A stretch of DNA of 64,000 bases. It comes from Gammaproteobacteria bacterium. Its GTDB lineage: Bacteria; Pseudomonadota; Gammaproteobacteria; UBA4575. The stretch is taken from contig JBGCFN010000019.1 in NCBI GenBank assembly GCA_045106935.1, forward strand, positions 20 to 64,019. The letters are read 5' to 3'. Both the position numbers and the translations under genes were made by a program. This document shows, one piece after another, positions 28,502 through 38,793 of this stretch. Under the pieces are notes generated by a model that saw nothing but the letters and a program-made list of their open reading frames with translations, ran no database searches and was not told the origin of the DNA. Position 1 is the first letter of the stretch; the number at the start of each line of letters is the position of its first letter.

Positions 28502-30487
28502 ATGAACGACTGGGTGAAAGTATCAGAAGGCGTAGGTAGGAAGTTGATTTTATCAATAGGTATTATCTTGTTTTTCACAGTGTTATCTGTTTATGTGTCT
28601 ACAATTGCTATTAAGAAGATTGAAGAATCCCAAGAGAATTTATCGAATAATTCTATTCCTGCGCTATCAGAGGTCGGGCATTTGTCTAGAGTAGCTGTCA
28701 ATATCATTCAGCAATCACAGTCAATGAGCATGGCAACGTCAATAGATATTCTCAACCAGCAAATGGATGACACCTTTTTACTGATAGAGAGTTTATTAGG
28801 TTATTTAATCGAGATAGAAAGTTATGGCTTATCTGATGAATTAGTTAGTGAGATGGAAGAAATGTTAGAAGAGTTAAGGAAAAATGTTATTGAGATGTAT
28901 AGTTTGGTATCCGAAAAAATAGAAAATGAAATTATTATAAAAAATGAAATAGAAATAATGCGAAATTCAATTGAGACAATTGAAGGTAAAGTCTCATTAA
29001 TGAAAATCAATGCAGACTATAAATTCTTAGAAAAAATTAATGAATTTGAATTGTATAATTCAGAATCAATAAGTGCATATCTTAAAAATGAGCTTAGTGA
29101 TATCGATTTGATATCTAGCGTGATTATGAGGGCCGGAGAACTTAGAAAGGATTTGAATGCGATTAACCAATCTGCGACTAATGAAAGTGTACTGCTTATT
29201 CAACATGCATTTAACCATTCCTTAAGAAAAATTGTTCGTTCGATTGTGCAAAATAAAGATATTGAATTTGATCAAGATGTAAAGAGTAATATTGCAACCT
29301 TGATAGAATATGGCCAAGATTCTCCAGATGTTTTTGATGAGCGTAAAAATATTATTTCTATCTCTGGCCGATTAGATATGATCAGTCAAGAAAATATTAT
29401 TTATACGCAAAAGCTTAATACGGCAGTAATTTCATTAGCTAATGAAGTCAGGTTTAATGCTGAATCAGCATCGATAAAACTTCATGATACTATTGTTACT
29501 AGCCGCTCATTGTTATACGTGATTACTTTTATCGCGCTTATCACTTCATTTTTAGTATCTTGGGGGTTTATCTATAAAAGAATAGTGGTGAAACTTGCTG
29601 AGCTTTCTTTAGTAACAAAGAAGCTGTCTAATAATAATTTTGACTTTGAGATTGATGTTCAAGGCAATGATGAATTATCTGATATTGCCGTTGCACTTGA
29701 ATCACTTCGAGAGCATTCGATAAAACGTATATCAATGAATGAAGCATTACAGAAGAAATCATTAAAACTTAAACAATCCAACGAAGATTTAAGTCAATTC
29801 GCTTATATCGCTTCTCATGATTTGCAAGAACCTTTGAGGATGGTGGGTAGTTATGTGCAATTGCTTGAAAGAAAATATGAAAATCAATTCGATGATGATG
29901 CAAAAACATATATTAATTTTGCTGTAGACGGCTGTGTGCGCATGAAAAATCTGATTGAAGGCTTGCTTGAATATTCTCGAGTTGAGTCTAGTAATGAAGA
30001 ATTTTCTGAAATTGATTGCAATATAATTATGGAAGAGATAATTCAAGACTTAAGCGTTAGTATAAGAGAATCAAACGCTGATATTATTATTGATCAATTG
30101 CCAAATGTCTATGCAGTTCCTTCACAATTGAAAATGGTGTTTAGTAATTTTATTAATAATGCATTAAAGTATTGTGAAGATGAGAATCCAAGGGTTGAGA
30201 TAAGAGCTGCTATTGTTAATGACAAAATTCGTTTCTCGATTTCTGATAATGGTATCGGAATTAAGCCACAATACCAAAAGAAAATATTTATCATTTTTAA
30301 GCGATTACATTCCAGAGCAGAATACAGCGGAACAGGTATTGGCTTGTCAATTTGTAAGAAAATTATTGAACGTCATGGTGGTGAAGTGTCTCTTGAATCT
30401 GCCTATGGTGTAGGTACGACTTTCTTTTTCACTTTGCCAGATCGTCACTCTTCTTCTAATGTGGATGAATATAAATTGGCGGTGTGA
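28502..30487 (+). CDS. periplasmic-sensing histidine kinase (TM-~295 aa sensor-TM-HAMP-HisKA-HATPase)
   Basis: H-box (ASHDLQEPLRMV). N, G1 and G2 boxes (NALKYCED, DNGIGIKPQYQKKIF, GTGIGLSICKKIIERHGG). Two TM segments flank a large Ile/Glu/Asn-rich periplasmic domain. Confidence 0.85.
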   Translation: MNDWVKVSEGVGRKLILSIGIILFFTVLSVYVSTIAIKKIEESQENLSNNSIPALSEVGHLSRVAVNIIQQSQSMSMATSIDILNQQMDDTFLLIESLLGYLIEIESYGLSDELVSEMEEMLEELRKNVIEMYSLVSEKIENEIIIKNEIEIMRNSIETIEGKVSLMKINADYKFLEKINEFELYNSESISAYLKNELSDIDLISSVIMRAGELRKDLNAINQSATNESVLLIQHAFNHSLRKIVRSIVQNKDIEFDQDVKSNIATLIEYGQDSPDVFDERKNIISISGRLDMISQENIIYTQKLNTAVISLANEVRFNAESASIKLHDTIVTSRSLLYVITFIALITSFLVSWGFIYKRIVVKLAELSLVTKKLSNNNFDFEIDVQGNDELSDIAVALESLREHSIKRISMNEALQKKSLKLKQSNEDLSQFAYIASHDLQEPLRMVGSYVQLLERKYENQFDDDAKTYINFAVDGCVRMKNLIEGLLEYSRVESSNEEFSEIDCNIIMEEIIQDLSVSIRESNADIIIDQLPNVYAVPSQLKMVFSNFINNALKYCEDENPRVEIRAAIVNDKIRFSISDNGIGIKPQYQKKIFIIFKRLHSRAEYSGTGIGLSICKKIIERHGGEVSLESAYGVGTTFFFTLPDRHSSSNVDEYKLAV

Positions 30488-30499
30488 CCTTGTCTTATG

Positions 30500-33313
30500 C
30501 TAATTATTGATAATTAGTCGTATTCCTTGAAGTTGAAATCTTGCTCTATCAATTTGTTTTTCGGAGAGTTGAATACGATTTTTAAGATATTCAATTTCAT
30601 CGGTGCGAATCGTTGGGTTGATTTTTTGTAAGGATTGTAAGCGATCAAGCTCGCCGGATAAATCATCTTTCATTTTTTGCTTGGCATTTATTTTTATGTC
30701 TGAAATTCTACTTTCTGCCATATTTTGTGATAAAGATAATATTTCTTGGGTGATTGCACGTGTCTTTTCAGCAATGGCTAGTGCAGTCTTTTTTGGTATC
30801 GAACTACATAGTGGGTTGATTTTGTCAAAAGGAAGTACTTTGCTGAAGTCTTTTTTATTGTTGTCTATTAGGAATCGTGTTGGGTGCATGGGGAGGTAGC
30901 GTTCAAGTTGTAGTTCTTTGTCTGCGATAATATTTATTGCATGCCATGTTTCAACTAACAGCATTCCTTTGGGTAAGCTCTCCAGGGTGATAACTGCAAG
31001 TGCTGTATTGCCAAATTCACTGTTTCGAATCATTTCCATGCTATCAGTGACCATGGGATGTTCCCAACTTAGAAACTCCATATCTTCTCGACGCAAGGCT
31101 TTTTCTCTATTAAAGGTAATTGTATTACCTTCCTCATTTAATCCGGGGAAGTTTCCATGCATATGATCACTAGGTCGCAATATATAGCTGTATTCTGAGT
31201 GGAATTCAGTGTCAACTCCATGCTGATCAAATACCTTTTCCATATAGTTGCTTAATAGCTCATGTTTGTCTTCTGTTTTTATTTTTTCTATTAGCTCAAG
31301 CGCAAGTGGTTTATCACATGAGTTTAGTTCTAATAATTTATCACGTCCTTGCTGAAGACTCTGCATCGTTTTTTGTGTGAATGTTGACGTATCATTGATT
31401 AGTTTTTCTAGGGTAACTATGTCAATATCATTTTTTGATTCAATTAACTGATGCAGCTGTGATGAAAAATTATTATATATTTCATAACCTGCAGAACAAC
31501 TTTGTGTAAATAATTGTATGCCTTCATGAATCCATTTAAATAAAATTTCTTGTGCAGTGTTTTTGATATAAGGAATATGAATTTGGATGTCATGTTCTTG
31601 CCCAATTCGATCCAATCTACCTATGCGTTGTTCTAAAATGTCTGGATTTAAATGTAAGTCGAACAATATTAAATGATGTGAGAATTGGAAATTTCTTCCT
31701 TCACTACCAATTTCTGAGCAGATCAAGACTTGTGCTCCATCACCACTATCTAATTCTTCAGGATTAGAGCCTTCGGCAAAGTAAGCGGCAGCACGATCTC
31801 TTTCTATAATGCTTAAATCTTCATAGAATGATGTGCTTCTTATGCCCATCTTCAAATTTAAATAGTTGTCTAGCTGGATTGCTGTTTCTGCATGGTGACA
31901 GATAACTAAGACTTTATTTGGTCTTAATTCTTTCAATTTTTCTATCAGCCATGTAACGCGTGGGTCCACTTCTAACCATGAATTATCTTCATAAGCCAGT
32001 TCTGGATAGATGTTATTTTTTTCTAGTTGATGATTCTCATTTGGGTCAAGCGGATAGGGGTTAGCTATTCTGCTAGGAAATCCTTGTACTGTTGCTCGCG
32101 AATTTCTGAATAAAACCCTGCCGGTACCATGTCTGTCTAGTAACATGGAAATATTGTCTTCAGTTTTATTGCTGCAAGACTCGCCTAAGTAACTTTTGAG
32201 CTGCTTTTGTTGCTGAATTGTTAATTCTTCATCTGCCAACATGTGTTGAATTAAATCATTAAGTTGAGCATGCCCAGATTGTTCATTCTTAAATGTTTCT
32301 AAGTCATGAAATCTTGCAGGGTCAAGTAAGCGTAATCGTGCAAAATGACTTTCTTGGCCAACTTGTTCGGGGGTTGCAGTTAATAACAATAAGCTTTTAC
32401 ATGTTTGTGATAGCTGTTCCACGCAATTATATTCAGGGCTAGCTTGTTGTTCGTTCCAGCTCAAATGATGGGCCTCATCAATAACAATAGTATCCCAAGT
32501 GGTAGATAAAACATGCTGTTGAGCGTCTGATTGTTCGCTGACTAAGCTTAAAGGACATAGTATCAACTGCTCTGATTCAAATGGATTTGGATGTCCTTCA
32601 TCTAGTAATGCGGCAATTCTATCTTGATCAAAAATTGCAAATTTGAGATTAAAGCGACGTAGCATTTCAACCAACCATTGGTGAATCAGGCTATCAGGGA
32701 CAAGAATGAGAATGCGAGACGCTTTGCCGGTATATATTTGATGATGTAATATCATGCCGGCTTCAATTGTTTTTCCTAATCCCACTTCATCTGCAAGTAA
32801 CACACGAGGTGCATGTCTATTTGCCACATTACTAGCAATGTAAATTTGGTGGGCTAATAAATCTGTACGTGAACCTAACAGACCTTTTACGGACGATTGT
32901 TGTAATCGATGCAGGTGTTGAAGTGTTTCGATTCGTAGTGTGAAATTTTTGTTTTTATCTAATTGGCCACTGAAGAGGCGTTGTTGTGGTGTGGTAAATT
33001 GAACAAAGCAACTTAAATCTAACTCATGTATTTCTTTATATTCATTTGTCGCAGTTTTACCACAATAGGTAAATAAATCACCGTCTTCTTTGACTTCAGA
33101 TACGAGGATAGATTGTTCTTCGTTATCTACAACTGTGTCGCCTAAGTTGTATCGAATTCGGCTGAGAGGTGCTGTGTCGATTGCGTAAATACGACTTTCA
33201 TTTACAGCTGGGTATAAAATTTTTACACGTCGGCTTGCCACTTCTGTCACTATGCCAAGTCCCAATTGTGTTTCCGAATGACTAATCCAGCGTTGTCCTA
33301 TAAAAAATTCCAT
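30500..33313 (-). CDS. rapA: RNA polymerase-associated SWI2/SNF2 ATPase RapA (HepA)
   Basis: MEFFIGQRWISHSETQLGLGIVTEV N-terminus. Helicase motifs (DEVGLGKTIEAG, DEAHHL). 937 aa. Confidence 0.92.
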   Translation of the reverse strand: MEFFIGQRWISHSETQLGLGIVTEVASRRVKILYPAVNESRIYAIDTAPLSRIRYNLGDTVVDNEEQSILVSEVKEDGDLFTYCGKTATNEYKEIHELDLSCFVQFTTPQQRLFSGQLDKNKNFTLRIETLQHLHRLQQSSVKGLLGSRTDLLAHQIYIASNVANRHAPRVLLADEVGLGKTIEAGMILHHQIYTGKASRILILVPDSLIHQWLVEMLRRFNLKFAIFDQDRIAALLDEGHPNPFESEQLILCPLSLVSEQSDAQQHVLSTTWDTIVIDEAHHLSWNEQQASPEYNCVEQLSQTCKSLLLLTATPEQVGQESHFARLRLLDPARFHDLETFKNEQSGHAQLNDLIQHMLADEELTIQQQKQLKSYLGESCSNKTEDNISMLLDRHGTGRVLFRNSRATVQGFPSRIANPYPLDPNENHQLEKNNIYPELAYEDNSWLEVDPRVTWLIEKLKELRPNKVLVICHHAETAIQLDNYLNLKMGIRSTSFYEDLSIIERDRAAAYFAEGSNPEELDSGDGAQVLICSEIGSEGRNFQFSHHLILFDLHLNPDILEQRIGRLDRIGQEHDIQIHIPYIKNTAQEILFKWIHEGIQLFTQSCSAGYEIYNNFSSQLHQLIESKNDIDIVTLEKLINDTSTFTQKTMQSLQQGRDKLLELNSCDKPLALELIEKIKTEDKHELLSNYMEKVFDQHGVDTEFHSEYSYILRPSDHMHGNFPGLNEEGNTITFNREKALRREDMEFLSWEHPMVTDSMEMIRNSEFGNTALAVITLESLPKGMLLVETWHAINIIADKELQLERYLPMHPTRFLIDNNKKDFSKVLPFDKINPLCSSIPKKTALAIAEKTRAITQEILSLSQNMAESRISDIKINAKQKMKDDLSGELDRLQSLQKINPTIRTDEIEYLKNRIQLSEKQIDRARFQLQGIRLIINN

Positions 33314-33661
33314 TTAATATTCTTAGTGCTTGTATTGTATTTAGAGCGAGTTTGAGGCGATATAAATATAGGCGTAATAATAGCACTTGAAGAATTTGAG
33401 GTGCTATAACATCTTATGGGTACTATTAATCAATTTGCATGTAAAAGTTAAGTTGAATATTTGTTATTTTGGCAATTAAATTCAGAGTGTTGAAGGGAAC
33501 ATTGATAAATATTACCACTCTAATGATCACCAGACTGAAAAGCAGGTTGGATTATGAGCAGGCTGGATGAGAAATAATCGGACGCTGTTGGCTAGTTGTA
33601 TTACAATGCCGAAATACTCCAATAATGATTTGATATATAAACAATTAAGGATGCTATCCCT

Positions 33662-34210
33662 ATGAAAATATTCAGTATTTTAGTATTGCTCGTATTATCA
33701 TCAACTGCGCAGGCAGGGTCATATAATGATGATCTGAAAAAGTTATTTGAGATTTCTGGCGTGGTCAATAACTATATAAGTCTTAATTCTCAAGTGATCA
33801 GTCAAATGCAAACGGGATTTCTTCGTGCGGCTGATCAGAGTATTGATGGTTCCACTTATAGTGATGCACAAAAGAAACAAGCAGGTGAAATTCTAAAAGC
33901 TAGATTTTCTGAAATGGTTAAGAACTATGAAGAACATATCAAGAAATCAATGCCATACGATAAGGTTGTAAATGAAATTTATTTGCCATTATATAAAGAG
34001 GCCTATTCTCATACGGATGTGAAAGAATTGATTAAATTTTACGAATCACCACTCGGTAAAAAAACACTTGAGTTTAATCGTAGAGTTGGACAAGAAGCCT
34101 CAAAACGAACAGCAGAAAAATATGATTCAGTCATTGTTGGTTTTGCAGAAAGACAAATCAAAGATAATATCGCCATCGCTAAAAAAGAGATTATAGCAAA
34201 TGTAAAATGA
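33662..34210 (+). CDS. periplasmic DUF2059-family protein
   Basis: Signal peptide and helical repeats. 182 aa. Confidence 0.55.
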   Translation: MKIFSILVLLVLSSTAQAGSYNDDLKKLFEISGVVNNYISLNSQVISQMQTGFLRAADQSIDGSTYSDAQKKQAGEILKARFSEMVKNYEEHIKKSMPYDKVVNEIYLPLYKEAYSHTDVKELIKFYESPLGKKTLEFNRRVGQEASKRTAEKYDSVIVGFAERQIKDNIAIAKKEIIANVK

Positions 34211-34317
34211 TGAGGTTTTGTGTACTGATTAATCGTACGCTATGCTTTTTGAGATTATTATATTAAAAGTTATTAGAAGTTTTAAGATTGGGGTTGGTAA
34301 TTTTCATATTAAGAAAA

Positions 34318-34358
34318 TAGCGTTAGGGGCCTGAGTATTAAAGGGCTAACGCTATTTA
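34318..34358. terminator. hairpin between convergent genes (bidirectional terminator candidate)
   Basis: TAGCGTTAG-GGGCCTGAGTATTAAAGGG-CTAACGCTA inverted repeat flanked by A/T runs. Confidence 0.5.
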
Positions 34359-34372
34359 CTGAAAGCTTTACT

Positions 34373-34936
34373 TTAACATTCGTGACTTTTTAGGCAGTAA
34401 TGAGCATCTCTTTCAACTTTTTCACTTGCATTAGAAGACTCTTGATGGTGACTCTGAGGTGCGTTGGGTGTATCGCTTTTAACCAATGTGTCTGTGATGA
34501 TGTGTGAGTTAACAATATCTTTTCTCACTGACCATAAAATAGCTAAAACTTCATTCATTTCTTGTTGTGGCACGCCATTAGATGCACAAGCTGCTAATAC
34601 GTCATCAACGACGGCATTAAATTCCATTTCGCTAATATTCATACCAGTATGAGCGGCTTTCATATCTAATCCACCATAGCTGACATCTGTGGCTCCTGTG
34701 GCTGCGGCGAAGATTTCAAAGACTCGCTGCTTTACATAGTCGGGATTACTTTTTGCAAATCGATCTTTAACAATAGGGTTTTTGCTGTGGTTATCCCAAA
34801 TATCACTGACAATTGCTCGTGCTTTTTTCTCTCCACCAATTCGATCATATAGAGATTTTTCTGAAGATATCGCTATAGATCCAGACAGAAGAAATATCGC
34901 AGTTATCAGTATTGTGATGTATCTAATTGTTTTCAT
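34373..34936 (-). CDS. glbN: group-1 truncated haemoglobin with Sec signal peptide and Cys/His-rich C-terminal tail
   Basis: LYDRIGGEKKARAIVSDIWDNH...KAAHTGMNISEMEFNAV is trHbN-like. An N-terminal signal (MKTIRYITILITAIFLLSGSIAISS) precedes it. The tail ends ...HYCLKSHEC. Confidence 0.7.
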   Translation of the reverse strand: MKTIRYITILITAIFLLSGSIAISSEKSLYDRIGGEKKARAIVSDIWDNHSKNPIVKDRFAKSNPDYVKQRVFEIFAAATGATDVSYGGLDMKAAHTGMNISEMEFNAVVDDVLAACASNGVPQQEMNEVLAILWSVRKDIVNSHIITDTLVKSDTPNAPQSHHQESSNASEKVERDAHYCLKSHEC

Positions 34937-35187
34937 TATTAATTTTCCTCCAATAATAATGTTTTGTTATGAGATGGGCTGATTTTTTCATTCCCTATTA
35001 TTAAATATAACATAGTGCCAATGTTGGCTATAGCGTGAATAGCTTAAAACTGAACGGCTTTGTCATTCTTTGTTTTATATCAACAATTGTGCGTATTTTA
35101 TACATTTCTGTTCATGTTAGATTGATTTCATTCAGTAAAATTTAGTTCATAATAGCTGTCATTCTCATCCATCAAAGATTTGCCAAT

Positions 35188-37299
35188 TTGTTTCAGCATG
35201 CTAGTGACGTTTTAAAATCAACCTTTGGTTTTGAACAGTTTCGTCCTTCACAAGAAAATATAGTTAAAGAACTATTAACAGGCAATGATGCGTTAGTGCT
35301 AATGCCGACGGGGGGTGGAAAATCTTTGTGTTATCAAATTCCAGCAATTGTTCGAGAGGGCACAGGTATTGTTGTGTCACCATTAATTGCATTAATGCAA
35401 GATCAAGTGGATGCGCTTAAATTGGTTGGTGTAAATGCTGCATTTTTAAATTCTACCTTGGATAATAATGAAGCAAGAGAAGTAGAACAGAAATTACTAA
35501 ACAAACAATTAGATATATTATATGTCGCTCCTGAGCGTTTATTAACTGATCGATTTTTGAGTTTGTTAGATAAGTCCACTTTAGCCTTATTTGCTATCGA
35601 CGAAGCTCATTGCGTGTCTCAGTGGGGTCATGATTTTAGGCTTGAATATCAACAGCTAAAGTTATTACATGAGCGATATCCAAATATTCCAAGAATCGCC
35701 TTAACAGCCACTGCTGATAAGCGTACGCGTGAAGAGATAATAACGCAGCTTCAATTACAAAATGCTAGTGTCTTCGTTGATAGTTTTGATCGTCCAAATA
35801 TTCGTTACATGATTAGTGAAGGTAATAATCCTAAAAATCGATTATGGGAATTTTTACATGCTAATCATAGTCGTGATGCTGGAATTGTTTACTGCTTATC
35901 ACGCAAAAAAGTTGAAGCAATTGCAGACTGGTTAAGTCAGCAAGGCCGAATTGCTTTGCCTTATCATGCAGGTATGTCGGTCGATATGCGGCAGCATAAT
36001 CAAAGGCGATTTTTACGCGAGGAAGGGATTATTATTGTTGCCACCATCGCTTTTGGAATGGGCATAGATAAACCAGATGTACGTTTTGTTGCGCACCTAA
36101 GTTTGCCAAAGAGTATTGAAGCCTTTTACCAAGAAACAGGTCGTGCAGGTAGAGATGGTTTGGCCGCCAATGCGTGGATGGCATATGGGTTGCAAGATGT
36201 GATTACATTACGACAGTTTAGTTTAAACTCAAATGCTAATGATAGGCATAAGCAGATTGAACATAATAAATTGGAAGCAATGCTTGGGTTATGTGAATTA
36301 ATTTCGTGCCGACGTAAAGCGTTGTTAGAGTATTTTGGTGAAGACTCAAATTCTTCATGTGGTAATTGTGATAATTGCATGGATCCACCAAAGAGTTGGG
36401 ATGCAACTAAAGCTTCTCAAATGGCGTTATCTTGTATTTATCGTACTGATCAGCGTTTTGGTGTGAACTATATTATTGAGGTTTTATTGGGCAAGCAAAA
36501 TGAGCGAATTATACGTAATGGCCATAATCATATTAGTACTTATGGTATTGGAAAAGAAATTGCAGTTGCGGAATGGCGCGTCATAATACGTCAATTGATT
36601 GCAATGGGTTTTCTTGAGATTGATATAGAAAGGCATGGAGCATTGCGTTTAACAGAGCGATGTCGGCCAATTTTGAAAAGCCAACAAAGTTTACAATTAC
36701 GTAAAATTCAACAAGAGAAAAAATCAAGTACGTCGAAGAAAAGTAAGCAAGCTATACGTCCACAAGATATGGAGTTATGGGAATCACTACGTTCATTACG
36801 CTTAAATTTAGCAGAAAAAGCAGGAATGCCACCCTATGTTATCTTTCATGATGCAACCTTACATGAAATGCTTAAAGTAAGGCCAGTGACCAAATTTCAA
36901 ATGAGCGAAATTTCAGGAGTAGGTGAACAAAAATTAGCACGTTATGGAGATGAATTTTTAAAAGTCATCGCGCAACATCCTTTGGCCAAGCTTCTTGATA
37001 ATAATTTATCAGATACCGTTAACGAAACATTAACGCAATTTCAGCATGGACATAATGTTGAAAGCATTGCGAGACAACGTGAACTCAAAGAATCTACCAT
37101 CTATATGCATTTGTCTGAAGCTATTGAAATGGGATTGTTAGACGTCAAAAATGTACTGGACTTAACTGAATTGGAATATAAAGAGATTGTATTTATAATT
37201 GAGACACAAAGTGATGATGGTCGATTGAAACCTGTATTTGAAGCTTTAGATGGTGAATACGACTATGGTCAACTGCGTTGTGTACAAGCATCTATCTAA
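35188..37299 (+). CDS. recQ: ATP-dependent DNA helicase RecQ with ~90-aa extra C-terminal domain
   Basis: TFGFEQFRPSQ. Walker A (PTGGGKSLCYQ). DEAH (DEAHCVSQWGHDFR). Zn-binding CGNCDNC. HRDC region. 703 aa. Confidence 0.9.
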   Translation: MFQHASDVLKSTFGFEQFRPSQENIVKELLTGNDALVLMPTGGGKSLCYQIPAIVREGTGIVVSPLIALMQDQVDALKLVGVNAAFLNSTLDNNEAREVEQKLLNKQLDILYVAPERLLTDRFLSLLDKSTLALFAIDEAHCVSQWGHDFRLEYQQLKLLHERYPNIPRIALTATADKRTREEIITQLQLQNASVFVDSFDRPNIRYMISEGNNPKNRLWEFLHANHSRDAGIVYCLSRKKVEAIADWLSQQGRIALPYHAGMSVDMRQHNQRRFLREEGIIIVATIAFGMGIDKPDVRFVAHLSLPKSIEAFYQETGRAGRDGLAANAWMAYGLQDVITLRQFSLNSNANDRHKQIEHNKLEAMLGLCELISCRRKALLEYFGEDSNSSCGNCDNCMDPPKSWDATKASQMALSCIYRTDQRFGVNYIIEVLLGKQNERIIRNGHNHISTYGIGKEIAVAEWRVIIRQLIAMGFLEIDIERHGALRLTERCRPILKSQQSLQLRKIQQEKKSSTSKKSKQAIRPQDMELWESLRSLRLNLAEKAGMPPYVIFHDATLHEMLKVRPVTKFQMSEISGVGEQKLARYGDEFLKVIAQHPLAKLLDNNLSDTVNETLTQFQHGHNVESIARQRELKESTIYMHLSEAIEMGLLDVKNVLDLTELEYKEIVFIIETQSDDGRLKPVFEALDGEYDYGQLRCVQASI

Positions 37300-37327
37300 A
37301 AATTTAAAGAATTATCTCGATTAGTAT

Positions 37328-37981
37328 TTATAGGCATTTGTACTGAAGAATTTGACCATTATATGGTTTGTCTAGAAAACTTGTGTCTCCAGTTTTTTCT
37401 TGATCATGCGTATATCCTAATGTGACCATTCTTTTGCTAAATGCAGCATGATTGCCTCTGCCTGGATCTACGATGATTACCTGACTGTCTTTAATAGTAT
37501 GGTGATTAATGAATTCTGCAAGAAAATTAATATTGTCTTTTTCATATAGTAAGTCGCTGCCAATGATTAAATCAAACACACCTAGCTCAGTCTCTATATC
37601 GCTCCAGTTAGCTCGCTTAAAGGGAATAATTTTTCCATGATTTAATGAAGTATTCTCTGATAGAAAACTTTCAGCTTCAGGATGAATATCAGTCGCACTA
37701 ATGTCGGCATGTTTGCTATTAAGTAACAGACTAACTAATCCAATACCGCAGCCAATTTCTAAAATTCTTTTATTAGAAAAATCGTAGTCCAGCATGAAAT
37801 GAGCTAATACAATGCTTGAGGGCCAAACAACACCAAAAATTGGCCAGGTTGCGGAGGATATTCCAAGATTTTTTGCAATATCGTTTTTATCGGAAAATTG
37901 CTGTCTATCTCGCAAGGTTCTTACATGAATATCTGTCTTATCAAACTCAATTGTTTGATAGCGAATCCTAACGGTGGACAT
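37328..37981 (-). CDS. class I SAM-dependent methyltransferase
   Basis: ILEIGCGIGLVSLLL motif I. 217 aa. Confidence 0.7.
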   Translation of the reverse strand: MSTVRIRYQTIEFDKTDIHVRTLRDRQQFSDKNDIAKNLGISSATWPIFGVVWPSSIVLAHFMLDYDFSNKRILEIGCGIGLVSLLLNSKHADISATDIHPEAESFLSENTSLNHGKIIPFKRANWSDIETELGVFDLIIGSDLLYEKDNINFLAEFINHHTIKDSQVIIVDPGRGNHAAFSKRMVTLGYTHDQEKTGDTSFLDKPYNGQILQYKCL

Positions 37982-38022
37982 AGCTAACTTGTAAAGCCAT
38001 TATATTGTTAGCAGTAGGTTAG

Positions 38023-38277
38023 TTATTTTTTTGTCGATATAGTTTGCTGCACTCGAGCACGTTTACCAAATTGGCGCTCATTTAATAATTCAATATTTTC
38101 TTCAGTGGCTCGTCTCACAGATTCCAAATTACCTTGGCGGTAACCGCTAATTTTATTTGTGCCTTGAACAATTACATATTGATGCCAATCATCACCTTCA
38201 GTGCCCGAAGGTGGGTCAATAGGTTCTATTGATTGAATTGTATAAAATTGGGATGTACTTTCAGAATTTTCGCTCAT
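38023..38277 (-). CDS. small acidic hypothetical protein (84 aa)
   Basis: ORF only. No recognisable family. Confidence 0.35.
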   Translation of the reverse strand: MSENSESTSQFYTIQSIEPIDPPSGTEGDDWHQYVIVQGTNKISGYRQGNLESVRRATEENIELLNERQFGKRARVQQTISTKK

Positions 38278-38512
38278 TACGTCTATAAAGGGTCAGGTAG
38301 TAATTAAAATTAATGCCACCTTATGACCACACGAATCATATGGAACGCTCGATAATATAGCGACATGTATCATTATTATACAGGTTTATGAAAATTCTTG
38401 ATAGAGGTATATTCTTGAAATTGAATGATGTACAGACACATTAATAGATTCTCATATAAATTGGTATTATGATTGTTTATACAGTCGCGTCATCTAATTC
38501 ACTTAATTAGGA

Positions 38513-38767
38513 GTGATAACAATGTCTTTTTCACCTGAAAATATTGCAGAGTTAAATTTGCTGTTAGCTTTCGATCTTTCCACCACTAGGACAGGGATAA
38601 AAATTCATAAAACTGCAAATTCTGATGTTAAATCAGCGGCGAGTAGTTTGTATGAAAAAGGGTTTATTTCTCAAGTGGATGGTGGCTATTTAACAAGTTC
38701 AGGTATGGCGGCAGCAGAACATGTGCAATCTTTATTTATGTCGTTAAACCCATCTACGATTAAGTAG
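38513..38767 (+). CDS. small hypothetical protein (84 aa, possibly a DNA-binding family)
   Basis: ORF with an RBS-like GGAG upstream. Family uncertain. Confidence 0.35.
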   Translation: MITMSFSPENIAELNLLLAFDLSTTRTGIKIHKTANSDVKSAASSLYEKGFISQVDGGYLTSSGMAAAEHVQSLFMSLNPSTIK

Positions 38768-38793
38768 CCAAAATTACATCTATTGAATTAATG

